A DNA stretch of 64,000 nt from the human T2T-CHM13v2.0 reference genome, Homo sapiens. The DNA is taken from the NCBI RefSeq assembly GCF_009914755.1, contig NC_060930.1; one strand, given 5' to 3'. Shown piece after piece: positions 36,237 through 49,315 of this stretch. The notes below the pieces were generated by a model, which made no database searches, had not been told where the DNA came from, and saw only the letters and a program-made list of their open reading frames with translations. The number at the start of each line of letters is the position of its first letter. Within the stretch, counting starts at the first letter, position 1. Both the position numbers and the translations under genes were made by a program.

Positions 36237-36379
36237 ATTTCTTTCCCAGTAGATTAGCTTTAGATTAATAGATTAGCTTTAGTACTAGTATTAAACTAAA
36301 CTAGTACTAGTACTAAAGCTAATAGATTATCTTTAGTACTACTAGTCTAGTAATAAAGCTAATCTATTGGGAAAGAAAT
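36237..36379. repeat. Nested inverted-repeat insertion
   Basis: Outer 26-bp arms 36237-36262 / 36354-36379 (1 mismatch); inner perfect 19-bp arms 36272-36290 / 36305-36323. Confidence 0.9.
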
Positions 36380-37074
36380 GAGAGCAGTGGTAGCTTCTGG
36401 TAGTGTTGGGGAGGGGTGTTGACTGGGAGGGAAATTTCTGGGGTAATGAAAGCATGCTATATCTTGATAAGGGTGTGTGTTACATGGACATGTGCATTTG
36501 TCACAGTCAATCACAGTTACATGTAAGATTCAGGATATGTAATTTTTACATCTACAAAAAGCTTAAATACATAAAATCTAAACAGTACGTGAAAATGGTC
36601 ATAGAGTGGACCCTGTATAATTGCTGTCAGTGTGTTATGGCTGGTCTGCTCATCGCCAGGGCAGCCTCCAGGCCCAGGGTAACTCCAGCTCCCACAGACC
36701 TCCTGCTTCAGCTTCTCCGGTTCCTGGACCAGGTGTGAGTGCAGATCCACCCACACGCCCCTTGCATTACCGTATCAGAGGTGGTGAGAGGTGCACAGTG
36801 CTCCTGTTTGTCTTTGGCCTCCCCTACTTCCCCGCCTTCCCCTTCTGCCTGCCCACCCTGATAGCGAGCAGATGACTGACATAATCCATGTAGCTTACTT
36901 CCATGACTGCAGAAGGCCCAATCCCAGAACACATGCCATCCAGAGGTTATGCTTCTGTGAGTGAACCCTGATGATAAGAATTTGCTGGATTGGGACAGGT
37001 ACTGTGCTTGGTGAAATAAGCTAGGAAAAGACTCACAAACCGTGGAAACTATTTCCAGGAAAAGAGTGCAGTGT

Positions 37075-37215
37075 TGTGAGAACACCTGATTTGGTGACAG
37101 ATGAGTAGTGTTTGTGTTCTGGCTTCCCTATTTCCTTGCTGTGTGACTTTGGCCACATCACCTAATCCAGCCTAGGTCTCCTGGCCTGCAAAATGTGGGT
37201 CATAACACCTCATCT
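37075..37215 (+). mobile_element. MIR
   Basis: ttgctgtgtgactttggcca.atcacctaa...cctgcaaaatgtggg. Confidence 0.7.
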
Positions 37216-38724
37216 CACTCCCTTGCTGAACTCCCAAGAGTTCTACAAAACATCAATTGTGACTGTGATTTCCTTCCTGCCCTCTGGGAATGTGGTCTTA
37301 CACAACCCAGGGCCAGGGAGTGGGTGGTTAGGGTTTTCCTAGTCTGAATTTGGATCCTCTTAAGACCTTTAAGTAAGACGGAAGAAAATTTAAATAAGGG
37401 CCAAATGGAAAAATGAAGCTCTCAAGGAAACAGGAAACTGGATGTGCTGTGGGATTTTATTTCTCATATGCAAAGCACATTTTCTTCAGCCTATCATTTC
37501 TGAAATAAATGATCCACGATCATTTAATGTGAATGCATCCCAGACCTGGGTTGGGCCCACGTAATTTGGAATAACAAGTGACTGACGGGTTGACAGAAAA
37601 GTTCTGCCAATAAATTACATACATCCTGTTAGTACAGTCTCATACCTAAAAATATCTTCAGAGACTAAAGAGAACTGGCAATGTCTATAGATTGACTGAA
37701 AAAAAAAGTCAACCATAAAAACAAAGCAAAATTATATCCACATTCCCTAAACTGTAGTTAAAATTAATTTGCTTTTAGACCAAAGTCAAACATGTCAGTG
37801 CAATATGTAGTTCATTGAATCCATTCAGTCAATGTTAATTCAAACTGGATTTTTGTTGTGTAAATTCAGCATCCAGATAGAACCTGTGTTTTGTTTTTAA
37901 TAGAAGTGCAGGATAGTACCCTCCTGTGGAAGTGGGCTGCATGTAACTCCATAAAGTGTTTCTGTTTCAGGAAGAAGAGTTGGTATCAATGATAAAGAAA
38001 GAGATAGATTCTAGTTCTAGACAATCAGATTTGCTATTTGCTACAAATTTGCTATCCAAAAAGCAAGACCTTTAATTCCTATAATACTATTGCCTTGTAG
38101 CTGGAAATCACTTCCACACAATTGGCCACACAATTTGCCCACAGGAAGCAATTTGGAGCTTTAGTCCTCAGAATTGTCTTCCCCTTCCCAGATGGAAGAC
38201 CAGTGTCTGGTTTCAAAGGAGCTCGAGGTGAGCGTAGTTAAGGCTGACGTTGAGAAGGCCATTCCTCAGCTACTGCTCCCCATCACTGTTGCCAGGTCAG
38301 GTCAGGAAAAGCTAAATAATTTGTTTAACCCGATCCCCTTTCCCTACCTTGAGGGAAAACTCCTATAAGCTCACTGTAAACATAATTATGCCATGTGGGG
38401 CTTTCATTAATCTAGTACAAACCACAACCTGACATACACTGGGCAGGATTTGCTTTTTTTTTTTCTTAGCTCATTTTCAACACCAGCTTATCCTCACACT
38501 TCCTACCCAGAGGTGGTTATTTGTACAGTGTGAGTTTGGGGGAAAAGAGAAGTTACCAGAGCCAATCTTTGCCATTGCAAAAGTGTTTTCCAGGACCCAG
38601 AGATGGTCTCGAATTCTCAGGATTGGTTTTCAGGGGACTCGGAGTTCATCATAAATTGCTGAAAACTCATTTTATAAGTAGGGGACTGAGTCCCACAGGT
38701 CACTTAGCCAGTGACTGGTGTTCA

Positions 38725-38830
38725 TTCATTTAGCAAATACCTATTTTGTGCAGATACTGAACTAGATGCAGGGATGCCTTCACGAATAAGAGAGATGTGA
38801 TATCTACCTTGAGAACCCAGAGTCTAATCG
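38725..38830 (-). mobile_element. L2 3' fragment
   Basis: ttcattcatttagcaaatacctattttgtgcagatactg. Confidence 0.65.
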
Positions 38831-39739
38831 CCTTGACCTAGTGTTCTTTTTATTAGATAGCCCTGTAGGCTCAGACATTAACTAGGGACAGCCACAGCTT
38901 TGGGCTGGGGAAAATCTGTGTTCATCAAACTCTTTTGACCATAACTCACAATAACAAAGACACTGACATTTCATCACAGTGCATGAAGAATATATATGTA
39001 TATGGATATAGGATATATATAGGATATATATATATAACTAAAGTATTAATGTATATAAAAAAATTCCAGAAACAATATTTACATTTATTGAATATCATGC
39101 ACTCTGGTGTTTTCTATTTTGTTTTTTTAAAATGATGACTATGATCCTCTGCTTTAGAAGGTGAAGGTTTGTGGCAGAGCATTCCCTGAAGCTTAAGGGT
39201 GTGGTGACATTGGTGGAACTGGGATTTAATGAAGGTTTTCAGGGATTTGAAGGATTACGGTGTAGAGGATGAGGAACCAGCTGCTCTTGCTTGCTTGAGG
39301 CGCTGGGGACCAACCTGGAGGAAGTGGGCTTAAATGGTAATGGCTGCGATTTAGAGTAGTAGACAGAGAAGCTAGCTGCAAAGTCTGCCAGGGGACACTG
39401 GCAAAGCTCTTACCTGCAAAAATACCATCTGTTGAAAATGGAAGTGGGGGAGGATGACAGACCCCCAGAGACCCTACAGCATGAGGGTGTGGGGACTTGT
39501 GGGGAGAAAAGATCAGGCTTATCGGGAGACCTGGTTGCAAGTGGGGGTGGAAAACATGCCACTGAGAATCATGGCACAGATACAAATATTCAGGAATTCA
39601 TGTATCTAGCCTCTGGAGGGATCCCTCTCCTCCCAAAATCTATAATCCAACCCTTCATGCAACCCATCTTTCTCAGTAAATTAAAGAGAGACAGGAGAAT
39701 ACAGCACTACTGAAAACAGCATGTTGGTTCCTTTGCTCT

Positions 39740-40160
39740 AGAAAGGAACTGGAGATGTTTTTGAGAGAAAAAGACTAAGAAGACCCAATGAGTATCTCCA
39801 AATATTCAAAAAGTGGTCACGTGGAATAATGAGTATGTTTGTTCTATGTTTCTTTGGATGACAGAACTAGAACCAATGGGTAGTAGAAACAGGAAGATAG
39901 ACCTAAGTTCAAATAAAGAAAGAACTTTCTAATGATTAAATGCTGCCCAAGCCTTCAAGGGAGATCTAAATTATCAGAATTGTTTAAGAAATGGCTGGAT
40001 TACTTTGCTTACTCACAAACCTTGACTGAGTTCCTCTTGTGTGCAGTGTACTGTGCCAGCCCAAGGAATATGCCGCTCTTGAGGATCTCGTAGAAAAAAA
40101 ATTCTGCACTGTTTGAGGAATAGGATTTTATAACTTCTTAGATTTCTTCTAATTCTAAGA
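39740..40160 (+). mobile_element. L3/CR1 LINE 3' region
   Basis: aaggaactggagatgttt..gagaaaaagact..., cagaactagaaccaatgggt, aagaaagaactttctaa, terminal ttctaattctaagat. Confidence 0.75.
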
Positions 40161-40319
40161 TGTTGTTCAAGGTTGCCAGGGTGCCCTTAACTTAGGAAGA
40201 AGATCTGTTAAGACCACATGTGAGGGGGCAACCTTGGGTAGTGTAGTGTTTCCATGGTCACTCAGTGCAAAGACTACCACTGATAGAAATGATCAATATC
40301 TTAGGCTTAGGGAATTTTG

Positions 40320-40830
40320 CATGACCAACAGCCTATCTTGCTGTGTTTATCCGAAGGGTTCCCTATTATTCACAGGATGAAGTCCAAGCTGCTTAGCCTA
40401 CCCAATTGATTTACCCAGTTATTGCAACATCCTAGCGTAAGTTGCCAAATGGTGATTCTCCATGCTAGCCTGCCCGAAATGCTCAATCTCCTCTGATATG
40501 GGTGCCTATACTCAGTCTTCCAACTTTCTGGAAGTCTCTCTTTTCCTCTCCACAGTGCCCTTCATGACTACCATTCAAAGCCTTTCTCTGTGAAGCCCTT
40601 CCTAAAGTGCCCAGTTCATTCTCTATCTTCTTGCCTACTGTATTAAATACATCCCATCTGTATTGTCTAATGGCATCTCTTGGGTAGATCATTAACTTTG
40701 GGCACCTGTATAATTTACCTCACCAACTGGATTGCGATCTTCTTTTGGGTAGAGGCCACACATGCTACTTTATTCTGTCTTCTTTTGCCATAGGGCAAAG
40801 CATATCTTCGATTCATATGAAGTTGGCTGC
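40320..40830 (+). mobile_element. L2 fragment
   Basis: caggatgaagtccaagct..cttagc, ctctgtgaagcccttcct, caactggattgcga.ctc.tttgggtag. Confidence 0.6.
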
Positions 40831-41632
40831 AAGTGAACAAGACCTTTCCCCATCTGGTCTTGTTACAACACAGTCACAGCTCAGGCCTATTATTTATATG
40901 AATGGAGAACATCTTATAGATGACAATGCTGAAAATGTTTCAAAATGTATGTGGCAGGCTTATATTTCACATGGGGTTTGAACAATAAGGGTTTTAATTT
41001 TTATTTTGTTTACTTACAAACATTTCTATAGCATTTACCATGTGCCAGGCGCTGACCCTCTGGGTCCATGAGCCTTTCCAGGAGCAGGCCCTTTCTTGTT
41101 CTCATTTTCTTTGCCATGACCTATTGGTGTGTCGCTGCACGGTGTATGATGCACTAATTTTAGTTTTGTGTGCCTGGTGAGGATGTGGAATTTTAGAAGG
41201 ATTGAAGGGTCTTCTGGGGGAAGCCTTATGTTTTCTTTTGGGATTGTAGCTGTCTAGAATGAGCCACAACACTCTTACTTCTCTCGCAAGACTTGCAATG
41301 TTTCTCCACAGTCCTTTCTTTTGAAACTCTCTTAGCTCCATTCTTTTCACATAGGACTCTGCTTTTTTCCTTCTTGAACCATTTCAGGATGGTGGCCTAA
41401 GGTCTCCATTCTCTAGGAATTTTTCATCTGATGGTGGAGTAAAGGGTGGGCCTTGAGAAAATTCTCAGAAGAAATATTTCATCTTGGAGGGCTGTCTCAC
41501 TGATAAATATGAACATGGAAATGTGGTATGATGTGAGAAAACTGTTTTCTTCCAGAATGAGGGGAGCCTAAGGGGTGCTTATTATTAAACTCTTGCCTTA
41601 TCCAACCCTCCTCACCTTCCCCACCCCATATT

Positions 41633-41641
41633 ACACACATA

Positions 41642-41676
<35 letters not shown>
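41633..41676. repeat. (CA)n microsatellite
   Basis: Directly visible. Confidence 0.95.
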
Positions 41677-41679
<3 letters not shown>

Positions 41680-41854
41680 TCTCCAGCCTTCCAGACATCT
41701 TATGGAGCTGTTACATTAAGTTAGAGTAAGATAGAAAAATCTACCTTCTCAAAATTAGAAATCAAAACTTCATTCTGAAAACAGTATTTTCCTTGATCAA
41801 TAGATTTAAGTAAATAGAATTCTGCGATTTGTGTATTATGACCTTAGTCAGTAA

Positions 41855-41960
41855 CCTTTGCCTTTTACAGATGAGGAAACTGAGGCCCAGACAGGCTAAA
41901 TCATTCACCTGAGGTCACACAGTTCATTGATGATAGAACTAGGCTGAGACTTTCCATCTC
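41855..41960 (-). mobile_element. MIR core
   Basis: ttttacagatgaggaaactgaggcccagaca...gaggtcacacag. Confidence 0.85.
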
Positions 41961-42659
41961 CTGTGTCTCGGTTGGTTGCTCCTCAAAGGAAATGATGACA
42001 GATCCCGATAGCTCATGGATAAGCCTTTTCCTCCTCAGGCTCAGCACCAACAGTCATGCTCTGAAGAAAATTGTTGGTTGACTGCTGTTTTATTTGGATG
42101 CACTAACCCTGAGATTTGTTTTGAAATTGATTGGCCCTGTTTCCTAGTATCACAAATAGGCAAAGATTGAATTTATTCTGTTGTTATTCAAATTGCTTGC
42201 TTTTCTAAAAGGCTTATTAGATGGAACTCTTGGGAAACTAAATAGGTTGGATTTTTCAAAGAAGTTTTTTAAAAAAGAAAGGACCTTCTCCAGATGACAA
42301 AAATGTAAAATGATTATTAGAGATTGATCTTATGTATCCAAGGGGAACACTGAAAGTACCAAGAGGGCTTGTAGAGAGACTATATTTACCAGCTCTTCCA
42401 ATGAATCTATGTAATTAGATTTGTTTCAGCAAACATTAACGACCACTGAATATATACAAGGCATTGTGTGAGCAGGAGAATTAGATGGGTATGAAGGAAT
42501 ACAAGACCTAATCCTTGCCTCCAGGTATTAGCAGACTAATATGGAAATGCAAAGACCCTTAAGCAATGTTGTCTAGATTCTTATTTTTGGTTGAAGAAGA
42601 CAACTTCCCCTGCCTAAGAAACTGACTATTCTTTGGGCAAAGATATATGAAGAGTTGCA

Positions 42660-43400
42660 TTTTCTTTAAATAAAGCTCTCAAATTTATCTGTATTTTTCT
42701 AACCTTTCTTGAATATACTTATAACATCCGCTGGATTCTTTTGATAGAATAACAACTTCCATGTTTTTCCCATGGATAAATGTGATGTATCCTGTGATGT
42801 ATCACACAATACCTGTGATGTATCCTTTAAATATATATTGCTTTATTGAATAAATAGAGTATGCTTTTTGTTAGTCTAGCCCCAAAACTACTTTTTCTAA
42901 ACTCCTATGAGTGTGAGGAAGGAAGGGAGCCATGGGAAAACCCATGACCACCTTGCTTTCTCCTTTGTAATCTCGTAGATATTAGTAATATCCCTTCTAA
43001 ATGTTCCCGACTAAAGAAACTTCCATCACTTTAATTATTTCAGTTTCCTTTTTTTAATATGTTTCAGTCTGCCTCCATTTCTCCCTCCCTCAATCCATTG
43101 TCCTTGTTTCTTTTGCTCTGTTTTCTCTTTTTGTTTTCTGGGTTGCCTTGCTCAGCTAATTACATCTTTTGGGGGTCGAGGTCAGGGGCCGTGGGAATGA
43201 GAACAATGCAAATTACCCCAGTTGTGTTGCACCATGCCTTTATTCAGGAATCACATAAATTGTCTGTATTTTCAAAAAAGCAATCGTGCTGATGATGTGC
43301 ATAGAATTTTACTGGCCTTTTTGGCCCTAGCTACACATTGGGATGATGTCTTCAGGGAATACCCTATAGAGTCTCCTGAATTCCTTTCTTATAACTAGTT
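42660..43400 (-). mobile_element. Ancient CR1-class LINE fragment (L3/Plat_L3-like)
   Basis: Reverse strand reads cccaatgtgtagctagggccaaaaaggccagtaaaattct (CR1 ORF2 3' region) and ttcaagaaaggttaga...gataaatt. Confidence 0.5.
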
Positions 43401-43803
43401 GATTGTGGGGATGCCAGTTGGTTATGAATCTGCTAGATGCCAAGTGTTTCTTTTTATTGTTGTTGTTAGGCTTCCAGAAATGCTTACATATTTTGGCTTA
43501 TTTTCTTTCCATTTCCTGCACCTGTTGGTTGTCTGATTAGGTGTACAAATTGTCCCAATTTCTTCTTATGTGAATGGATTCTTTCCAAACCCCTCTAATA
43601 AGAATCCTGAATTTCAAGCTTACATTATTCTTGTTGGAATCCCAGCCTGTTAGAGTGGAAAGCACCCCAGTGTCTAGTTTAGCAGTATTGATTATTTTTC
43701 TTTATAGCTGGGGAAGCCTTTTTACAAACCAAATTTTAAATCTTAAATGGAATCTCATTGCAGTAGCATTAGGTTATGCATTCGAACAGATTTCATCATA
43801 CAT

Positions 43804-43806
<3 letters not shown>

Positions 43807-43855
<49 letters not shown>
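43807..43855. repeat. (TG)n(AG)n compound microsatellite
   Basis: Directly visible. Confidence 0.95.
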
Positions 43856-43856
<1 letters not shown>

Positions 43857-44629
43857 ACTTGGCTCAATGACGGCATACCCCAGAGTAAGTGTGAGATGGG
43901 AGATGCTCTTCCTCACTTGGTTTTGGTTCTTTTGTACTTCCCACAGTAAACATTTGGGTGATTTAGGATTTTTTAAGAGTAATTTTGACTCCATGCCATT
44001 TTCCTTTATGAGTCAATTCTAGGACTTTACAAATATGGCTACTTGATGGAATTAGGGATGAGGACTCACATCCTATCCTCATTCCCCAACTCTTTCCTCT
44101 CCTCCCTAATACAGGTTCCAAGGAGCATGGTTTGTAAGTCAGTGAACCAGACTAATTCCATTTTATGTGCAAGGAAACCTGGACTTAGATATAGGCATTG
44201 ATTTGCTTAAGATTGCACTGTTGATTGGTAAGCATTAGAAATGGAATTTCTACTCTCAAGACCCATAGGCCATTGCTCTGGAAAGAGCATATCAGCTTCC
44301 CCTTCCTTCTTTTGGTTTAAAATCTCTTCTAGCACCTTGTAAATATTTATTGTCCATGTCTGGTGCCACTTTAGTTCAAGCTGAGAGTAGGTTTTCTGTG
44401 GATCTGCTGCCAAGGATCTCTTCTTAAACTCTACTAACTTTCTATTGTCCAAAACTTGACTCTCCAACCCTGCTTTTCCATCATCTCCTGCATGGAAGCT
44501 CAGATTGTTCTTTGTCAACCAGTTGTTTGGGCCCTGTTCACAATATGAGCAATGATTCTAGAACCTAGAGGGCTATCTAGTATCCTGACATTCATTAATG
44601 ATCGCAAAAACCCACTGGATTTGGGAAGA

Positions 44630-44815
44630 TATTTACAATGGACCTAGCACTGTGTTAGTCACATTACAAAAATTGTATTAGTTAACTCTTACAACAAGGT
44701 CTGAGGTGAATACTGTTTTCCATTTTTCAGATGAGGAAATGAGGCTCAGAGAGACTGCCCAGGAGCGGCAGAGCTGGAATCTGAGCCTCAGCCATTCTGA
44801 CTCTAAAGCTATACT
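44630..44815 (-). mobile_element. MIR
   Basis: catttttcagatgaggaaatgaggctcagagag...ggcagagctggaatctgagcc. Confidence 0.8.
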
Positions 44816-44984
44816 TTAGGCCTCCAGGCTCTCCTGACTCTCAGTCATTTGGAGCCAGGACTTCCTTATGCCATCAATACCCACATTTATTGTATAAGTA
44901 ACTGTAATAATTAGGGGAAGGTGTGGGGTGGGCCGCTGCTTTTTGTAGCAGCCTAAAATGATTTTAATCTCATTTTGTAAAGCA

Positions 44985-45200
44985 AAGACTATGGGTGAAC
45001 TTGTTCATCAAATTCTGAAATACAGGGCAAGCAGGCAGTTTAGAAGCTTGAGGTAAGTTTAGGGAAAATAAGGAAATAATACTTCTCCTAGCACGTAATA
45101 AAGTTATGGAACTCATTACCCTGAGAGGCTGTACAGACAGGAAATGTAAATGAATTAAAAAGGAGTTTGGACAAATTTATGAATGACAGAGTCATAAAAG
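44985..45200 (+). mobile_element. Ancient CR1-class LINE 3' fragment
   Basis: ttatggaactcattaccc.gagaggctgtacag...aaaggagtttggacaaatttatgaatga. Confidence 0.6.
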
Positions 45201-45399
45201 CCTTCTAACAGAAGCTGGAATATACAAGATATGACTATGAAGCAATGAAAAATTTTTTAAAACAAACACTAGAACTTGTATATCCAAATAAATATATACT
45301 TTTCCTGCAAAGTATTTGCCTTGGGAGACTACTGGCTTATTTTAATATTACTTACTTGTTCAAAACATTTTTGAAACCCATGGAAATTTAGAGGTTTAA

Positions 45400-45520
45400 G
45401 TTCACCCCTCTCCTTTTGCAGATGAGGAAACTGAAACCTAAAGTAATTAAATAGCATGCTCACAGTTCTGGGCTTAGAATCCTGGTTGGCTGACTTCTGG
45501 CTTATTGCTCTTTTCACAGC
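45400..45520 (-). mobile_element. MIR core
   Basis: ttttgcagatgaggaaactga. Confidence 0.7.
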
Positions 45521-46859
45521 CGTAAGCTGTCTCCTGCAATTGATTTCTTCAGAGTCCATGGCTAATTCTTTAGGATACCCTAATCGTGGTAAGTCTTTAT
45601 CCTTTGCAAATGGGTTTTTGGAACAGCCAAAACTGATTTAGATTTAAGATTGATGGTTAAGATGTGTGTTCAAGCTGTACATTAATATTATTTGTTCAAA
45701 ACCTGAGTTTTTTATTTTTATTTTTTTTAATAGAGAGGCAGTAAAGCCATGTTTCTTTTGTTCCCTATAAACTGCCTTTCTGCTAGCCACCTTCAGCCAG
45801 CCTGAGGAATGTATAGCACACCTTTTAGATCACTTTTCATAAGCCACAGCTTTGAGCTGAGTTGCTTGTGGCGCCTCGTTCTCCATTACACTTAATGAAA
45901 GCACAGCCAAGGGAACTCACTCTGTCAAGGGCAAAAGGAAGACAGTGGAGAAGCAGCCCCCCTGGGGCAAGAGGAGAGTCTTTGGAGCTCTCAGAACACC
46001 TGGAAGGAATGTTTCAGGTAGCCCAGAGCCCTATGTCAAGCAGATCAAAGATATTTTGAATAATGAAAAAGGAAAGAAGAGACTAGACAAAGCGGGGTTA
46101 AAATCTGGACAGAGACCACTGTTGTCAATGAAAAGACAAAAAAGAAAATTCAGAGCTCAGATGGAACAAAAGGAGATTTGGCTACAATTCCCTAGAGGCA
46201 GCAAATGTGTGTACCTGGGAGGGATCTCATTAAGATCCAACCAAGGACAGAGGTCACTGGGAGCTCATTGGTTTGTGTTCATTTATGCCCTGCCAGTTGA
46301 ATTCACTTTGATCACTTTAATCACTAAAGGATATCCAACTGAATATCCTTTTCACTTTGATTTCTAAGGAAAATAAGGAGGGAGGGGAGTGACGGAAGGA
46401 GGGGTCAGGCATAGAGAAATCCCACAATCCATGAAGCATATTAGATGACTTTTGCTTAGGCTTGGACACTTTGCTTCCCCAAATGGATTTACAGCCCTGA
46501 ACCAAAGCTAACAGAGAAAAGAAAAACATGTCACTGAAAGTAACATGTTGACATGTGTTGATGTCTCAGCCAAAATTTATAGCATAACCCAGAAAAGACA
46601 CTTGAGATGCAGGGCCATGCATCCTGGCTGATGGCATGTTTCTGGAGACTACTGGTAGGCGATATCCCAGACAGGTCAAGGCCAGTAAGGAAAGTGCCCA
46701 ACAGTGGCTCTAGATAGAATCACTGAGGCTCAGAATTTAACCTCTGTTTTGTGACGCTTGAAGCAGACATAACAGAAAGTCTGGATTGGGTAGAAATGGA
46801 AAAGAACAGTTTTTAGATTTGATGAAGACTTTGGAGGAGAATGAGGAAGAAGAGAAGGG

Positions 46860-47155
46860 ATAAATATCTATCTATGTTTATACACACGCAAACACACACG
46901 CACTGAAAACACTTATATAAGTATCTACTATATATATGTGTATATATATGTATATGTGTGTATATATATATAAATGTGTGTATATATATATAAATGTGTG
47001 TATATATATATTTGGAGAGTGGGACATGTCCATCTCTGCAGTGTGGTGAAGGTAGGGATATGGCTGTGCAGTCCTTGTGTGTAGGTGTGTATGCACTCAC
47101 AAGGACCACTGTGCACATGCGTACCTACAGACACACACATGCACACAACACACAC
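46860..47155. repeat. (TA)n/(TG)n/(CA)n low-complexity block
   Basis: Alternating purine-pyrimidine tracts, e.g. tgtgtgtatatatatataaa repeated. Confidence 0.85.
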
Positions 47156-47602
47156 TTTATCTCACAAAACAGAATTATTATATATGTCCTTTTTGGCTAA
47201 GAAAGGGGAAGGGGGATTGAGCCTTAGCTATGGGTAAGAAGTTGCTAATAGTAGGAAACTGCTTATTCTGAAAACTTCTGCAATTCCAGTTAATCCTATC
47301 TTGGCTCGAACCCAACTCCACAGAGTCTTGTAGGTTTTGCAGAGATAGAGAGGTTAAAAGGGACCCCAGGATGCTATTTTGAAAAACTCCTCATTTCCTG
47401 GGGCCTGCTTTGGGTTCCCGGAATGAGAGGAGGACAGCACCCTCAGCCTTGTGGAGGGGCTGCTGGGCAGGTTGTGTCCCCTTTGGGAGGCACAGTTTTG
47501 GAGGGGCTCAACGTACTCTGCTGTGTGGTGACGGTGTAGATAGGGTTATTGAATCCTTGTTGTCTTTACTTAAGAATGGGGTAGGTTTCTGGCTTAAAAA
47601 TT

Positions 47603-47890
47603 GTTTCTTTGTTTTTGAGACCGGATCTCACTATGTGGCCCAGGCTGGAGAGCAGTGGTGCAATCACAGCTCACTGCAGCCTCGACCTCCTGGGCTCAAG
47701 AGATCCTTCCCACCTCAATTTCCTGAGTAGCTGGGACTACAGGCACAGGCCACCACACCCAGCTAATTTTTGTAGAGACGGGGTTTCATTATGTTGCCCA
47801 GGCTGGCCTCCAACCCCTGAGCTCAAGTGATCCGCCTGCCTGGGCCTCCCAAAGTGCTGGGATTACAGGCGTGAGCCACTGTACCCAGCC
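47603..47890 (-). mobile_element. AluJ
   Basis: gctcactgcagcctcgacctcctgggctcaag, tatgttgcccaggctgg J diagnostics. Confidence 0.92.
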
Positions 47891-48999
47891 AAAAATAATT
47901 TTTTGGGTGCCTGTCTCTGTCCTGCTGATCACCAGACTGGACAAGCATTTGTTACTTCACCTTGGCAGATGTGTGTCTGGGTCCAAGGTGGCCAAGGCCC
48001 ACAGGGCTATGTCACAGTCAGGCCACAGTGGATCTGGAAATGCTAAGTCCAGAGAGGGGACATCAGGCAGCTCATTGCCACCCGTCTCCATCTAAACCCC
48101 TGGTTCTGGCAACTTGTTTCTCAGTGTGGAATGCAATAAGCCTCTTTAGTAGGTGGCAAGTATTATTTCTTCTAAGAAAACTCATTTGTTTTCAAATTAA
48201 GCTATGTGTTTCAAATTGAAAAAAAAAAACTTAACAGACCCTAAGAAATAAGGGACAGTCAATGCTTGTCAGACTTGAAGGGGGCAGAGAAAACAGTAGA
48301 ATCATTTGATCCATAAGTAACCTCAGGGCTAGGACAAGGAGCTGCCTACTGGTTCTTTTCAGCCTCCTGTGTGTCCCTCAAATGGAACTTTGGAAGCTTG
48401 TTGTCCCTTAACAGACTAAAACAAAATCCTTGCCACTCCCCCGCCCTACCATTTCTAAAAAGTTGAATGCAGACAGTCAACTCTGGCTCATGTGGCTCTC
48501 TTCTTGAGTTTAGACCGAAGGAACTCTTGGTTTGTGCATTCAGGTTTCAAATGAAAACCTCATCAATGAAGACTAATGGAAAAAAATAGACCTTTGGCAG
48601 GAATCTCAGAGTCTGACAAGCCTCACAGAAGATTGTGCAGCTTGAGGGTACCTTCAAAGTCCAGTGCAGGCCCTTCTCCAGGACTCTTCTCAATGGATCT
48701 TCTCATTACCTCAATCTCAAGAGCTTGTCTCTTTCCCTAAACAACTGACCGTGCCCATATTATTTAAGTACCTTAAAAGGAAACGGAGAGTAGGAACTGG
48801 TCCCGTGGATCCATTTACCTGATCCTTGTGTAATGCTGATAAAGGCAACATCTGGCCCATTTTAAATCTATGTGGGTTTGAGAAAAATGGCACCTGTCAG
48901 AAAAGAAAGCTTTTTCTTGAAGCATTTGTTCAGACTTCATATTTTTGTTTAAAAAGAACTATTATTTTTTTTTCGTCTAATCTTCAGACCAATCCCACA

Positions 49000-49315
49000 C
49001 AGTAAGCTACTGGGCTATTAACAGGAAAATTAAGGCATGAGGTATGAAGGAACTTGTCCAGGCAGATTCATGATCCCGGACACTCAAAGATGAAGCCCAG
49101 GCCTGGGAGTGGCATAGGAAGATGAGTAAGCAGATGACCTCTAGGCTGTGCAGCTCAACCCCAAGTCCCGTATGAAACGTGAGGCAGTGCTGTGTGGTAG
49201 AAAGACAGGCACACAAGCCAGCCAGCCAGCATGGCTCTAGCTGTGTGAATGTGACCCAGTTATTTAATTTCTCTAGAGCTCGGTTCCTTCATCTTTAACA
49301 TGGGAAAAATAGTGG
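49000..49315. mobile_element. Two MIR fragments in opposite orientation
   Basis: ggaaaattaaggca..aacttgtcca (-) then gtgacccagttatttaatttctctagagctcggttccttcatct (+). Confidence 0.6.

Larger units (their letters stand above)
35280..36580 (+). mobile_element. L1M (MC-ME class) 3' region, interrupted by MLT1A and a palindromic insert
   Basis: atcagggaaatgca..., cacccactagaatggctaaaa, ggcaaggatgtggaac, gtacaagaatgtttatagtagc, gtatgattccatttacat. Confidence 0.88.

Noticed and set aside
42781-42825. Triplicated tgtgatgtatc with a TGTGA..TCACA quasi-palindrome resembling a bacterial CRP site
   Set aside because: Wrong spacing and wrong domain of life; a small slippage repeat within a LINE relic
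45945-46367. 140-aa basic ORF in apparently unique sequence
   Set aside because: Non-ATG start, no recognisable domain, no flanking splice signals; length is attainable by chance in purine-rich DNA
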